DNA of 64,000 nucleotides from Psilocybe cubensis (Eukaryota): NCBI GenBank assembly GCA_017499595.2, contig CM039005.1, positions 2,294,001 to 2,358,000 of the forward strand, read 5' to 3'. Shown piece by piece: positions 27,087 to 39,115 of this stretch (position 1 is its first letter; each line of letters starts with the position of its first letter). The notes under the pieces were generated by a model. It saw only the letters and a program-made list of their open reading frames with translations, ran no database searches and was not told where the DNA came from. The position numbers and the translations under genes were made by a program.

Positions 27087-27289
27087 AGGGGAAAGATGTG
27101 GTTTGGATCCCAAGAGCCGGTCTCTCAACTCATCTCACCCAACTCAAGCAAGCGTCTAATCGAGCAGAGCTCGAGAAGTCTTCTATAGCATAAACGTAAG
27201 AGACCCTCTTTTCAATTTCTTCGACGCACATCTGATTTACTGATTCGCTATGTACAGCTATACTTTCATTTTTTTGAGGTTCTACAATC

Positions 27290-28422
27290 ATGCGTTTCGG
27301 TATTTTCTTCCAGATTGTTGCTGTATGCACCTTTGCCAGCTCTGCATTGGCGGCGCCGATGCCAGTCAACGACAAGCCGGGGCATCCAGCTTCTCCGCCA
27401 CCCGCGAACGCCAAACCACCAGCCCACAATCCCGCCCCTGCCCCTGCGCCAGGAGCACACGCACCCGCACCCGCGCCAGCAGCCGGCGGCGCCAGCGGCG
27501 CCAAATTCGAAGCAGGCGACATCGTGCGCATCAAACCCGTGCACATCCTCAACGGCGACGGCGCTAACGTCCAAGGCGGCGCGCCCAACAAACCGAGGCC
27601 CGCCGTCGTCGTCATCAAGCCCGACGCCGCAGGGCTGATGGGCGTGGCGCCGATTGGCCACGCGCTCCCCGGCGCGTCGCACACGGACGACCCGAGCAAG
27701 TATGGGATCCCGAATTCGGCGAATGGGGACCCGAACCATTTGATTAGTACGGGTGTGCCGGCGCAGATCCATGTGAGCAATGTGCAGCCTGTGGCTGGGA
27801 GGTATGGGTTGCCGGATAAGCTTGCACCAGAGCATATACAAAGTCTGCGCGGGAAGATTGGTGTGTCTTTTTTTTGTTTTGGTCTTTTTTGGTGTTGGTG
27901 TCATGAGCGCTAATTTTTGGTTGCAACGCTTTGGGTAGAGGAGAACATGGACTCCATGATCGCTGCGAAGAAACAGAAAGTGGAGGCGGAGAAGGCGGAG
28001 AAGGAGAAAGCCAAGACTCCAGCTCCTCCAGCGCACCCGGCTGTTGGACTGTACGATGACCTCCCACCTTTAAAGAACGCCGCTGCTGCTGCCAAGCCCG
28101 CGGGTGGACTGTACGACGACCTCCCACCCCCTGCCGCCAAACCTGCCGCCGCCAAGCCTGCTACCAACAATGGTACGTGCCACTTCCCACAGACGGTTCA
28201 AAATATGGCTGATTGGACTGATGATGGCTTCACTTGACAGCAGCTGCGAACACCCATCCCGCCCCTGCCCCCGCCCCCGCCCCTGGAGCAGGCACAGGCT
28301 CCAGCGCGCCCAACTCGAAGAAACGCCCACTCGAGCGTCGCGCGCTGTACAGGCGTCTCAACCCAATCACCGGCGAGAGACTCTCGAGGCGCTTGCACGC
28401 GCGATCGCGCCGGGACTGGTAG
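27290..28422 (+). CDS. Secreted Pro/Ala-rich protein with a MazF/PemK-like domain and an Arg-rich C-terminal tail
   Basis: Signal peptide MRFGIFFQIVAVCTFASSALAAP, PA linker, then a globular domain at ~27503-27860 (FEAGDIVRI..PRPAVVV..GLMGVAPI..LAPEHIQSLRGKI). Introns at ~27861-27938 and ~28173-28240, two GLYDDLPP repeats, tail KKRPLERRALYRRLNPITGERLSRRLHARSRRDW*. The gene model is solid; the domain call is by eye. Confidence 0.75.
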
Positions 28423-30605
28423 AGAGGCTATGATTCGGATTCACGAGCTTTCAAAAAAAAGTAGTTTGTAAATGTAATCACTGGTCAGTGCTTCGAGGAG
28501 ATGATCATGTTTTATTATCATTGGAAATGGGGAATGTGCATGATATTTTTGCTTGCTTTTAAAGTGGATCGGGAGACGAGACAGATTCCAGTTTATCCAA
28601 ATTGTCAAAACCGCAACGGCAACGATGTGGATTGTGGAATGACAGTCGCTATAACATAGAAACTAGAAATATCGGACAGCCGATAGATAGCAAGTTTCAA
28701 AGCAGCTCAAAGGTAAGATAAACTGTAGCTAACTGTAGTATATGATCATCGCGGATTCGCGGCGGAGTGGCATATAGCGTTTTGCGCTTCAATTTGTATC
28801 GATTTGTATTACTATTGAACTGTACAGATGCGGGTGCAGCAGGCACTGCCCTATCGCTGCCACGGGCAAGAGACGAGAGGCGAGAGGAGGGTGGCGGGTG
28901 GTTCTGGAGTATCCAGGTGCTTTAAGTGTAAGTGCACGCTGATAACAATATTATCACAACACGCAAAAGTTGGAAAACCAATTATATAAAAAGGAAGACA
29001 AAAGTGAACGCGAAACGGAAACAGGTACATCTTTCGTCTATCAAAAAGAACAAGAGAGAGGGAAAGAAAGAAATCAGAAAAAAAAAGAAAAGAAAAGAAA
29101 AACAACCACTCAGAAAAAAAAGAAAAAGAGACAGAAAAAGCGAAACTAGTAACTACTCGCAAGAAGAGAGACTCCGTCGACACGAGACAATCTAGCTCTT
29201 GCTCTACGTCTAGTTCTACAGCTACAGATAGCAAACGCGTTATAAAGGTGGAGATGAAGGATGGAGACGGAGAGAGAAAAGAGAAAAGAGAGGTATATAC
29301 TTAAAAATATAGGGCATGCGCAATTAGTCGTAAAAGCTCAACGTCAGCGCTCGCTCAACCACTCACTCAAAAGCATCCAAGTATTCGTTCAAGCAGTCAT
29401 TCAAGCATTCATTCAATAAAAAAACAAAAAACAGAAAACAGAAAAACACGGAAAGACAAAAAAAGAAATCTTGTATCAACCACCAAATACACCACCCTCC
29501 CTCACCAACCAACTTCACCAACCAACAACCAACGAACCAAACAACCACCTATTTTTTTTGTTTAAGGGGGTGGGTGGGTAAGAGGGTGGGGTGTGTCATC
29601 GTGTACGTCCGTACGTCCGTTCGCTGTGCACCGTTCGGCGAGCTACATCTCCTCTCCTCCCCTCCTCCGCTCTCCTCCGCGCTCCTCGTCCAACATGTAC
29701 GTTATCAACGATTCAACGATTATGTGTAGCGTGTTATGTTGACTGTTGACTGTTGACATTTACGTTTACGTTTTTTTGGTAACGCGCGATGGGGTGACGG
29801 ACGGCGGACGACAGACAATGGTGTGTTAGGGTAAAGCTGGCGCTGGTGCTGGGTGTGGTTTTAGCTGTGGATGTGGTTGTGGTTGTGGATGCTGCTGTGG
29901 ATGTGGTTGTGGTTGTGGATGCTGCTGTGGCCGTGGCCGTGGCTGTCGATAGCGATAGCGATGCTGCTGGTGCTGCTGGTGTTGGCGTTGATGCTAATGC
30001 TAATGCTAGCGTGCCGTGCCGTACCGTGCAGAGAATGAATAGTATGCAATTAGGGACGTGGCCTTGCGACGTGTACGAGGACGAGGACGACGACGAGGAG
30101 GAGGAGCTGGAGGAGGAGGAGGGTTGGGCACAGAATGCAGAGTGCAGAATGCAAAGTGCAGGAATGAAAAAACAGTAAAGAGGAGAGAAAAGAAATATAA
30201 GAGAGAGTGAGAAAAGAAACAGAAACAGAAACAGAAAAGAAACAGAAAGAAGAGAAAAAAAACAGAAAAAAAGGATAACAAGAATGCATCAACCGGATAC
30301 GGATTGGGAGATGGTATATAAAACATCGACATTGACATTGAACATTGAACATTCATGTAAAAAAGCTAAGAAGCTAAAGCTAACAAGGTAAGCAGCTAAG
30401 AAAGTAAGAAAGTAGTAAGCGCAAAGAGCATCAAACATCAAACATCAAACATCAAACAACAGCGAACATCAAACATCGAAATAAAAGAAAAAAAAAAAAG
30501 AGAATGTACACGACGTCAAAAACAAGAAAAGACAAGGATCCCATGCAAAGGGAAAAAGACAAAAGGCAAAGGGCAAAGGGCAAAGTGGTGAATAGGATAA
30601 GATTT

Positions 30606-33558
30606 TCAAGCAATCGTGCTGTAGCTCCCTGTAAAAAATGAGATAAAAGAGATCAGCAATCAACCTCCAAAAAAGACCTCAAACCAAAAAAAAAAAAAAA
30701 AAAAAAAGCCAAAGCCACTCACAAATCCTAGCCTGCCAATCCCCACTCCCCGTCGCGAGCCAATTCCCCGCGGGACTCAAATCAATACTAATAACCGAAT
30801 TCTTATGGCCCTGCAACATACACTGCACAACCGCGGTGTGTGCATCCCAGAACTGGACGCCGCGGTCTTTGGAGCCCGAGACGACCCATTGGCCGTCGTG
30901 CGAGACGGCGACGGAGAGGACGTAGTCTTTGTGGCCGGTGAAGTTCATTGTGCATGCGCTTGCGCTTGTGCTTGTGCTTGTGCTTGTGCTTGGGTTGGAG
31001 GTGTTGGATGTGGACGTGGACGTGGATGTGGATGTGCCGGCGTTGTTGGCGGGGACTACGGCTGTGGAGGTGGACGCGGAGCCGGAGCCGGACGCGGATG
31101 ACGATGATGTGCCAGCAGCGTTCGCACCAGAGCCGCCACCCCCAGGCGTCCCAATGACAGGCTTCTCATCCTTCCTCGGGCTCGGGGACTCCTTCCTCCC
31201 TCCCGCACCCCCTCCGCCCACCCCCTTCCCAAGCCCACTAACATCCCAATACTTCAACGTCTTATCCAAACTCCCACTAACCAGCCCCTTCCCATCCGGC
31301 GTAAACGCAACACTATACACACTATCCCTATGGCCCCTCAACCTTTCCACCAGCACGCCACTCGCCACATCCCAAATCCTCACCACCGTATCCAGACTCC
31401 CCGCCGCGACCCAGCGCCCGTCGGGTGATATGGCGACGGATGTCACTCCAGCATCGTTGTTCAGCGAGTCGGGGTCGTTGATGGTCAGGACTTTCGAGGA
31501 CCCGTCGTGCATGTCCCAGATCCGCGCTGTTTTGTCGCCGGAGCCTGAGACGATCAGCCGGCCGTCATGTGAAAAGTCGAGCGAGTAGATTTCTTGTTGG
31601 TGCCCGTCGAACACGTTGCGGATGCGTTTTTTCGCGATGTCCCAGATCTAGTTACGGTGCATATGATGATAAGCCACTGATGCTAACGGTATGAGATGTA
31701 TTGAAGAAACGCACTCTGATTTGTTTATCCTCTGCGCCTGTCGCGAGGTATTTGCCATCAGGACTGAAGCACACACTGCGGATGTACAGGTCGCCCGATT
31801 TTCCAGCTGCATCGTCTATCAGCACACTAAAAAAAAATTACACAAAGAGTTAGAATGAGAAGAACACAGAGAGAATGCGAATGGCGATGTAAACGCACCA
31901 AGTTTTCATTCCAGTCTTCGTATCATAAATCTGCGCAGTCCTGTTACACCCCGTCGCGAGATATTTTCCATCTGCTGAGAAGCGTACACAGCATACCACA
32001 CTATCCATAAAAAAAAAACGCAAAAAACACGCAAAAAAAAAACAACGATCATCAGCAAAATGTCCACAATCCACAAGATAAAAACGCAAAAAAAAAAAAC
32101 AAAAAAAAAAAAACAAAAACATACCTCTCATGCATAAGCGTATGAACCAACTGCACATCCAACACTCTCTTCACTTTCGGACTAGGATTAAACACCGCGA
32201 ACCAATCGCTTCCTTCCTTCTTCATATCAGCAGGGACATTGTGGATGTCCAGATCATCCGGGAAACTTAGGCTTCCCGCTCCTCCTGCTCCCACACCCCC
32301 AGCAGCAGCAGCGGAGGAGGGGTTAGTGGGAATGAGACCCAGCGAGTTGTCCATGCCGGGGTACTGACCCGGTCCAGCACCCTGCGGCGGCGGCGCGCCA
32401 GGATGCATAAGCCCTACACCACCACCAGCGGCGGAGGCGGAAGAGGAGGAGGCCCCAGCGCTAGGCGGCGGCGGGAGTTTGGGTGTATGCCCCGGACTGA
32501 AATGGTCTTTAAGCCGCGCCCCTTCGATCTTGGGTCGTTTGGTGTCGCGAGGGTCGGGGGCGCGGTCTCTGTCGACCATCATTCTATTGTCGCGCTCTCT
32601 TTCTCGTTCGCGTTCGCGCTCTCTTTCACGCTCGCGCTCGCGTTCGCCTGGAGGCGCGCCCATGCGCACATCACGATCTCTCTCCCTATCGCGCTCGGAA
32701 AGCGACATGCCCCTCTCCCTCTCCCTCTCCAAACCCACCATCCTCTCCCGCTCCCTCATCTCCCGTTCCCTCATCTCCCGTTCCCTCATCTCCCTCTCTC
32801 TCATCTCTCTATGCGCAATATCCCTCTCGCGCCCCGCGCCACCACCACCATAATACGGCTCGCCGTACATGCCCACAGGCGCATTGGACCCGCTGAGCAT
32901 GCCGCCAGGTCCCATCGTCGCTTGTCCTCCAGGTCCCACAACCGGTCCTCCCCCTCCTCCTCCTCCTGCACCTCCGGCACCAGGACCCTGAGGCGGCGGC
33001 CCACCAGGTCCAAGCTGCTGCCCCGGAATCCCATTGCCATTCATAGAAGCAAGCGACGCAATACCCCCCTGCTGCGCCCCTCCTCCTCCTCCTCCTGCAC
33101 CACCACCACCTCCACCGCCGGGTGGCTGCTGCCCGCCGCTCCCAGATGCGTTGGCGTTGGCGTTGGCGGCGGCGGCTGCGGCTGCCGCTGCCGCAGCCCG
33201 CCCCTCCGCCCTCGCACGCGCGACTTCTTCTTCGAAATGCGCGCGGATCTTGCCGTGTTGCGATTCGAGGTCGTAGAGCGATTGACGGATGATATTGAGC
33301 TCGTTGACTTGCGAAGCGACTACAAAGAAAAAGAAAAGAAAAACATCAGTCAAAATTGTAACAAAACCAACGAGGAAAAAGAGAAAAGACAGGGAAAAAA
33401 AGGACGCACTCTTTGACTCATATTCGTCCCGCTGCGCACGCAACGAAACCATTTCCTGCGTCAACAACTCAAACTCTGCTCTAATCGCATCAAGCGGCTC
33501 GTCAAGCCTCGAGCGTGGCATACCCCCCACGCCCACGCCTACACCAGGTGGCTGCGGC

Positions 33559-33591
<33 letters not shown>

Positions 33592-36299
33592 GGCGGCAAC
33601 GGCGCACCCACACCCACAACACCCACACCCGCGCCGGGGCCGACAGCATTCGCCGGCCCCGCGCCAGGCGCAACGCCCACGCCCCCAGGCCCCATACCGA
33701 CACCTACACTCAGCCCGGGGTGATGGCCCGGTACAACGCCGCCTATAACACCACCTGGCGCGATACCGCCCACAGGCACGCCAACTCCAACGCCGCCGAC
33801 GCCGAGGACTGGCACGCCTACACCAACACCAGGCGGCGGCGGACCGCCGGGTCCTCCGCCCACCGGCGCGCGCTGCTCTCTCTCCCTCTCCCTCTCGCGT
33901 TCCCGCTCGCGTTCGCGCTGGACATCACGCTCGCGGACCATCATATCCCTCTCCCGCGCCAACTGCTCCCTCTCGCGTTCCCTCTCTCTTTCCCTATCGC
34001 CCGGCCCAACACCCACACCCGCACCTACAACAGCCCCGCCGCGCCCCGCAGGCCCAACCACATTCACCCCGCCCCCCGGCGCACCAATGTTAATCCCACC
34101 ACCCCCACCACCACCAACAAGACTGAGCGGTACCGCGCCCCCTCCAGCGCCCGCACCAGCCGGCCCGCCCATCCCCACGCCGACGCCAACACCGCCCATG
34201 TCGCGCCCGCGGTTGATCAGCTCGAGCTGCCTGCCAACGCCCACATCACCAGGCCCCATCTCGCGCTCGCGGTCGCCTCTACCAATCACCATCTCGCGCT
34301 CGCGGTCTCGCTCGCGGTCGCGCTCGGCGCGCCCAACACCCATCTCCCGCTCGCGCTCTCTCACAAGCTGTTCTCTCTCCCTCTCCCGCTCCCTCTCCCG
34401 CTCGCGCTCGCGCTCACGCTCTCTAACGACCATCTCCCTCTCCCTCCCATCCCTGCCCATCTCCCTCTCGCGCTCGCGTTCCCTCCCTAAATCCCTGCCC
34501 AAATCCCTCATATCCCGCGCAATCATATCCCGCATATCTCTCACATCCCTGGGGTCCCGCACATCCCTCGGGTCCCGCACGTCCCGTACATCGCGCATAT
34601 CGCGCATATCGCCTCGTCCCATATCCCGCACATCTCTCACATCCCGCACATCTCTCACATCCCGCATATCCCGCATATCCCGCGCGTCCCGCATCTCTCT
34701 GACGTCCCGCATATCCCGCATCTCGCGCGCGTCTCTCATCTCTCTTTCTCTCATCTCTCTTTCTCGCACATCGCGCACATCGCGGACGTCCCTCACGTCC
34801 CGCTCACGCTCACGCTCACGCTCACGATCACGCTCACGATCCCTATCGACCATCATAGGCACACCCATGCCCTGCTGCTGCGGCGTCATCGGATGGGGCG
34901 GCGGTCCGCCGGGGCCTGCGCTGGGATTATTGGCGTTGGTGTTGGGCGCGTTTGGGTTGGCGTTTGGGTTGGCGTTGGGGTTTGAGTTTGGGTTTGATGC
35001 GGGGGATTGGTTCGGTGGTGGAGGGCCTCCGGGGCCTGCGGGGCCTGTTGGCTGGAGTGTGCGGTGCTGGGGTTATAAAAAGGGTGGGTGAGTTGGGGTT
35101 TTTTAGAGGAGGAAGAGAGAGGAGAGGAAAGAAAAAAAAGGAAAGGAGGGATGATGATTAATTGAAAAAAAAGGGAAATGAAATGAAAAGAGATATTAAA
35201 TCAAGATGTTTGATAAGAAAAAACACACAAAGAGAATGAGAATGAGAATGAGAGGCAACCCAGAAAAAAAACAAACCAAAAACCAACACAACCAAAACTC
35301 AAAAACAACCAAAACTCAAAAACAACCAAAACTCAAAAACAACCCAGAAAAAAAACCAAAACCAAAACCAAAACCAAGAAAAAAACGACCCATAAAAGAA
35401 GAAGAAGAAAAGAAGAAGAAAGGATCATCCATCCATCCATCCACTTCCTTCCTTCCTTCCGCGTCGCATAGCTGTCACGGAACCAGAACAAGAGGAACCA
35501 ACCAACCCGCCCGCTCGCTGGCTTGCCATGCGTTGGGTACCACTATCAGCATCACACACACCATCCATCCATCCATCCGTCTTCTCCTGACTCCCTCCTG
35601 ACCCCTCTTGCACACGCACCCGCCCACACCCGCCCGCCCGTCCACGCCCCTCTTGCCCCCTTCTTCCGCCCGGCCCCACCGACCAACCGCCGCCGACATG
35701 CCAGCACACCGGTACGTCAGCACCAGCACGGTAACACCGACACCGACACCGACACCATCAGAGCACGGCGAGAGGGGTAAGGTGGTGCAAATCAGAAGGC
35801 GCGAGTTAGGAGGCAGGAGGCAGGACGGCGTCCTGCACTGCACTGTACTGCGCGGAACGAGGAGGAGGAGGAGGATGAGGATGAGGATGGGCGCTCGGCG
35901 CTGGACGTGCGGATGTGCGGAGGGTGCGAGACGAGGGTGCGGGGTACGTGGCGCGGGGCTGGGGGCAGTGATGATGTGCGTGGTGCGTGGTGCGGCAAGC
36001 TGGGGCAGGAGGTGGGAGGAGGACACCGATGGTGCTGATGGGACGCTACCAGAGCCAGAGTCTCGTGCGTAATGGAAAGAAAAGGAAGGAAAAGGCAAGG
36101 CAAGGAAAAGAAGTAGAAAAAGGGTAAAGAAAAAGCGAGGAAAAGAAAAAAAAAGTAAAGTAAAGTAAAGCAAAAAAAGAAAAGCAAAGGAAAAGAGGAG
36201 AGCCAACGAACAACGAATAACCAACGAACAACCAACGAACAACCAACCAACGAAGAAGAAGAAGAAGAAAAAACTCACATTATATATCTGCGCGGACAT
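30606..36299 (-). CDS. tup1: Tup1 WD40 corepressor copy C, ~1,340 aa, with a very large low-complexity N-terminal expansion
   Basis: Exon 1 MSAQIYN (36279-36299), intron 35067-36278, exon 2 starts HRTLQPT (same junction as copy A's HRPMQPT). Tup_[117 protein letters not shown]. Last exon WSYSTIA* (stop 30606-30608). Confidence 0.93.
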
Positions 36300-38406
36300 C
36301 GCTGAATCTGAATGCTCCTGCTCTGCCCGGCTCTACTATCACTATCACTATCACTCTACTCGTTCTTGCCTGTCTTGTGCGCTACGAGTCGAGTGAGCGC
36401 CCTTGAGTTTTGATTAGATATCCTGCGTGTGCGGTCGGTTGTGCGTGTGTGGGTCGTGCGTCAGGGTAGTTGGCTGTGTTGGTGGTCGTAGTGGTGGTGG
36501 GTGCTAGTGTCGGTGGTGGTAGTGTTGTTGTTGGAGGTGCAAGTGTTATTGTGGGAGGTCGGAGGTGAAAGCAAAAGCGGAACCAAAATGGCAATAGCAC
36601 TACGTGTGTGCGTGTGTGTATGTGATTGGATTGGATTGGATGGGATGGGATGGGATCAGCCGCCCGCGTACTCTCTGAGTCCTTCTTTGCTTGTTGATTG
36701 ACTGGAGAGATGGAGATGGAGATGGAGATGGGTTGGGTTGGGTTGGGTTGGGCTGTGTGGTTTGGTGGGTGAGTGGGTGGTAGGTGGGTAGGTATGTGTC
36801 GAATCGCTATCCAGCTATACAATCCGCACCAGCTACCAGCTACCAGCTATCACCGTGCGTGCGTATGCGTATGCAGAATCTCAACCTCTCTCTCTCGCTT
36901 GCTGAAACAGACACAGAGCGTAACGACGAAAGAGCCAGAAAAAAACGAGACGCAGAGGCGGATTAGCAATTGCGTGGGTGTCAAGAGCAACAGGACAGAC
37001 GGGAGTCGCGGGAAATGCGGCAGAGCACGCCACCCCCCCGTTCAGATCAACAACAATTCGAATTCGAATTCGAACCTCGAATCTCGAAGCCCGGCACGTG
37101 TTCGTCTTTCCCTCCCTAGTCCAACTCTCCCACTGTCCCTGGCTCTGAGTACGACTACGAGTCGAGCTTGAGGTGTAAACTGCGATGGCTCCTGTCAGAC
37201 GCCGTGTGCATGTCAATGTAAATGTAATGTCACTCGTTTAATCACAATTAACCCTCTCAGATCTCACTGGTGTATGTAATGTAACTACTGCGTACCACCC
37301 ACTGGCACTGGCAGTCCCACTGAACTGTGAACAGACGCTTTATGTTCTGATTGATTATGTAGTTCCGATCCATCCCATCCCATCCAATTCAGTCCAATCC
37401 AATTCAATTCAACTCTCCAATTCATTACATACATACCAACTACTCCGTAAATCCATCGCCTATCAAAAAAACCAACAAGAATCCAGAATCCAGAATCAAG
37501 ATCCATTTCCCCTTCGCTTCTTATTCTTATTCTTATTCTTAAACCTTGACGCACCCTTTATAATTTATAATTACAATTACTCTGAATTCTGAATTCTGAA
37601 TATAGCTCCGCACAGCACTCACCTCGTCCCTTCCTTCCTTCCTTCTTTCTCCCTTCGTTCGCTTCGTTCGCATCATATCATCATCCATCATGATCATGAC
37701 ATGAGTATGACTATGACACAGCATGTATAAATAACTCACCAGCCCACGCACCATCCCATCGATCCACTGGCACATGCGCTTCTCTGCCCGGGCCCCACTG
37801 CGCAGAGGCTGGCGCTGGTGCTGCTGCGCTGGATCAGAGCTGGATCAGTATTGTGACGGTGACGGTGGTCAACCGCACTATATACTTGCTGGTAAAGGTA
37901 TGCACGCATTGCTTTCGTTTAACGTTATGACTGTGACTATGACTATGACTATGACTAGCAATGCTATGCAATCGAGTTGATTTGAGCAGCGCGGTTAGCT
38001 AGCTGGCGAACGGGACTGGAGGCTGGTGTAGGTACTTACTTGGGTGACCACTGATGTCGAGCGTTAGTATATAATACTAATAGCGAGCAAGTTACTTGTC
38101 ATCACGATATGATATGATATGATATGATATCGATATCGATATCGGTTTCGGTATCGGTATGACAGCTACTTTTAGCGCGCCGGGGTATGCCAACATCCAT
38201 CATTCTCCTTGTCATTATCAATATCATTACGAGGGAAGAAGAAGGAAGGATGGGGGAAGGACGGGTTTTCAGTATCACTATCAGTGTCAGTTTCCTTGAT
38301 CTAGTAGTTAACAAACATAGACTATCTTATCTTACTCCTATCTTATCTTATCTTACCTTCGCATCTGATCTAATCTAAGCTAATCTATCTCATCCATCCG
38401 AATTAA

Positions 38407-39115
38407 CAGGACCCGGGAAGCTCCCCGGTCCCGTACAGGCATGTCCGCATTTTCGCGGATTTGAGGCCAAAAAATGGCAATTTCTTTGTCCAGTTCTCGC
38501 GGATTTGAGGGCGCCGCAGGCAAAATTTTGGCCAAACAAAGTCCGGTTTGGCGGATTTGAGGCCCATATTTTTAAAAAAACGTCTGTAGTAATGGTTCAA
38601 AGGCGGCATGCCGCAACCATTTTTCCCAGATGCAGCTAATTGTTGGCCAAATTTGGGGCCGGGATCCCGCTTAGATTGCAATGATTGGCCAGCGTCTATT
38701 ATCTAAGAGCGGTAGACGGATGGAAATCAACGGAAATGCACAGTAGTAGGTTACATTTCCTATATACAGCATATTAGTGAAACTTGGACGTCTTTTCTCT
38801 GCTACCCTGACATATTTCTTCACTATCCTGATAACTAGTAATGGAGGTTCCACCTCCTCAAAATCCTTCCCCTCGAGGCATGTAACACCTAAATATCTAC
38901 TCCATATGTTTATTTTGCAATCAATTAATGACTTGTCGAGCCATCGAGTGGTTTTGCAAGCTCGCCCCGCAGGGCTGAAAAAAAAATCCTAATTGGGAAA
39001 GCCCCTATCGGGCATTGTCCGGTTTCGCGGATTTGAGCCCCAAAATCTCGTGGATTTGAGGGCAAAAATTGGGATCCCAGGCGGACATGCTTATAGGGGA
39101 GCTTCCCGGGTCCTG
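38407..39115. mobile_element. Non-autonomous DNA transposon (MITE), 709 bp
   Basis: Perfect 20-bp terminal inverted repeats CAGGACCCGGGAAGCTCCCC (38407-38426 / 39096-39115), a further inverted GCATGTCCGC just inside, AATTAA directly flanking both ends, five copies of G(C/T)GGATTTGAG near the ends, and no transposase ORF. Confidence 0.85.

Noticed and set aside
27130..28433. Long minus-strand and alternative-frame ORFs (216 aa, 256 aa, etc.)
   Set aside because: Shadows of the GC-rich, Pro/Ala-rich secreted gene; only the + frame has a signal peptide, TATA box and splice sites.
28851..30663. Lys/Arg-rich or Phe-rich ORFs that look like membrane or basic proteins
   Set aside because: Translations of A-tracts and microsatellites downstream of tup1 copy C.
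34490..34850. Regular 9-nt array considered as CRISPR or minisatellite element
   Set aside because: No unique spacers, eukaryotic context, and it is in-frame coding sequence (RDV/RDM) of tup1.
32403..35091. Long + strand ORFs including a 334-aa SR-repeat-like ORF
   Set aside because: Antisense of the (RE)n/(RD)n coding repeats; the repeat units lack stops in those frames, and no RRM or proper gene structure is present.
35475..36299. 274-aa ORF starting at the tup1 ATG
   Set aside because: Read-through of intron 1; only the first 7 codons (MSAQIYN) are exonic, judged by the gtgagt donor and homology to copy A.
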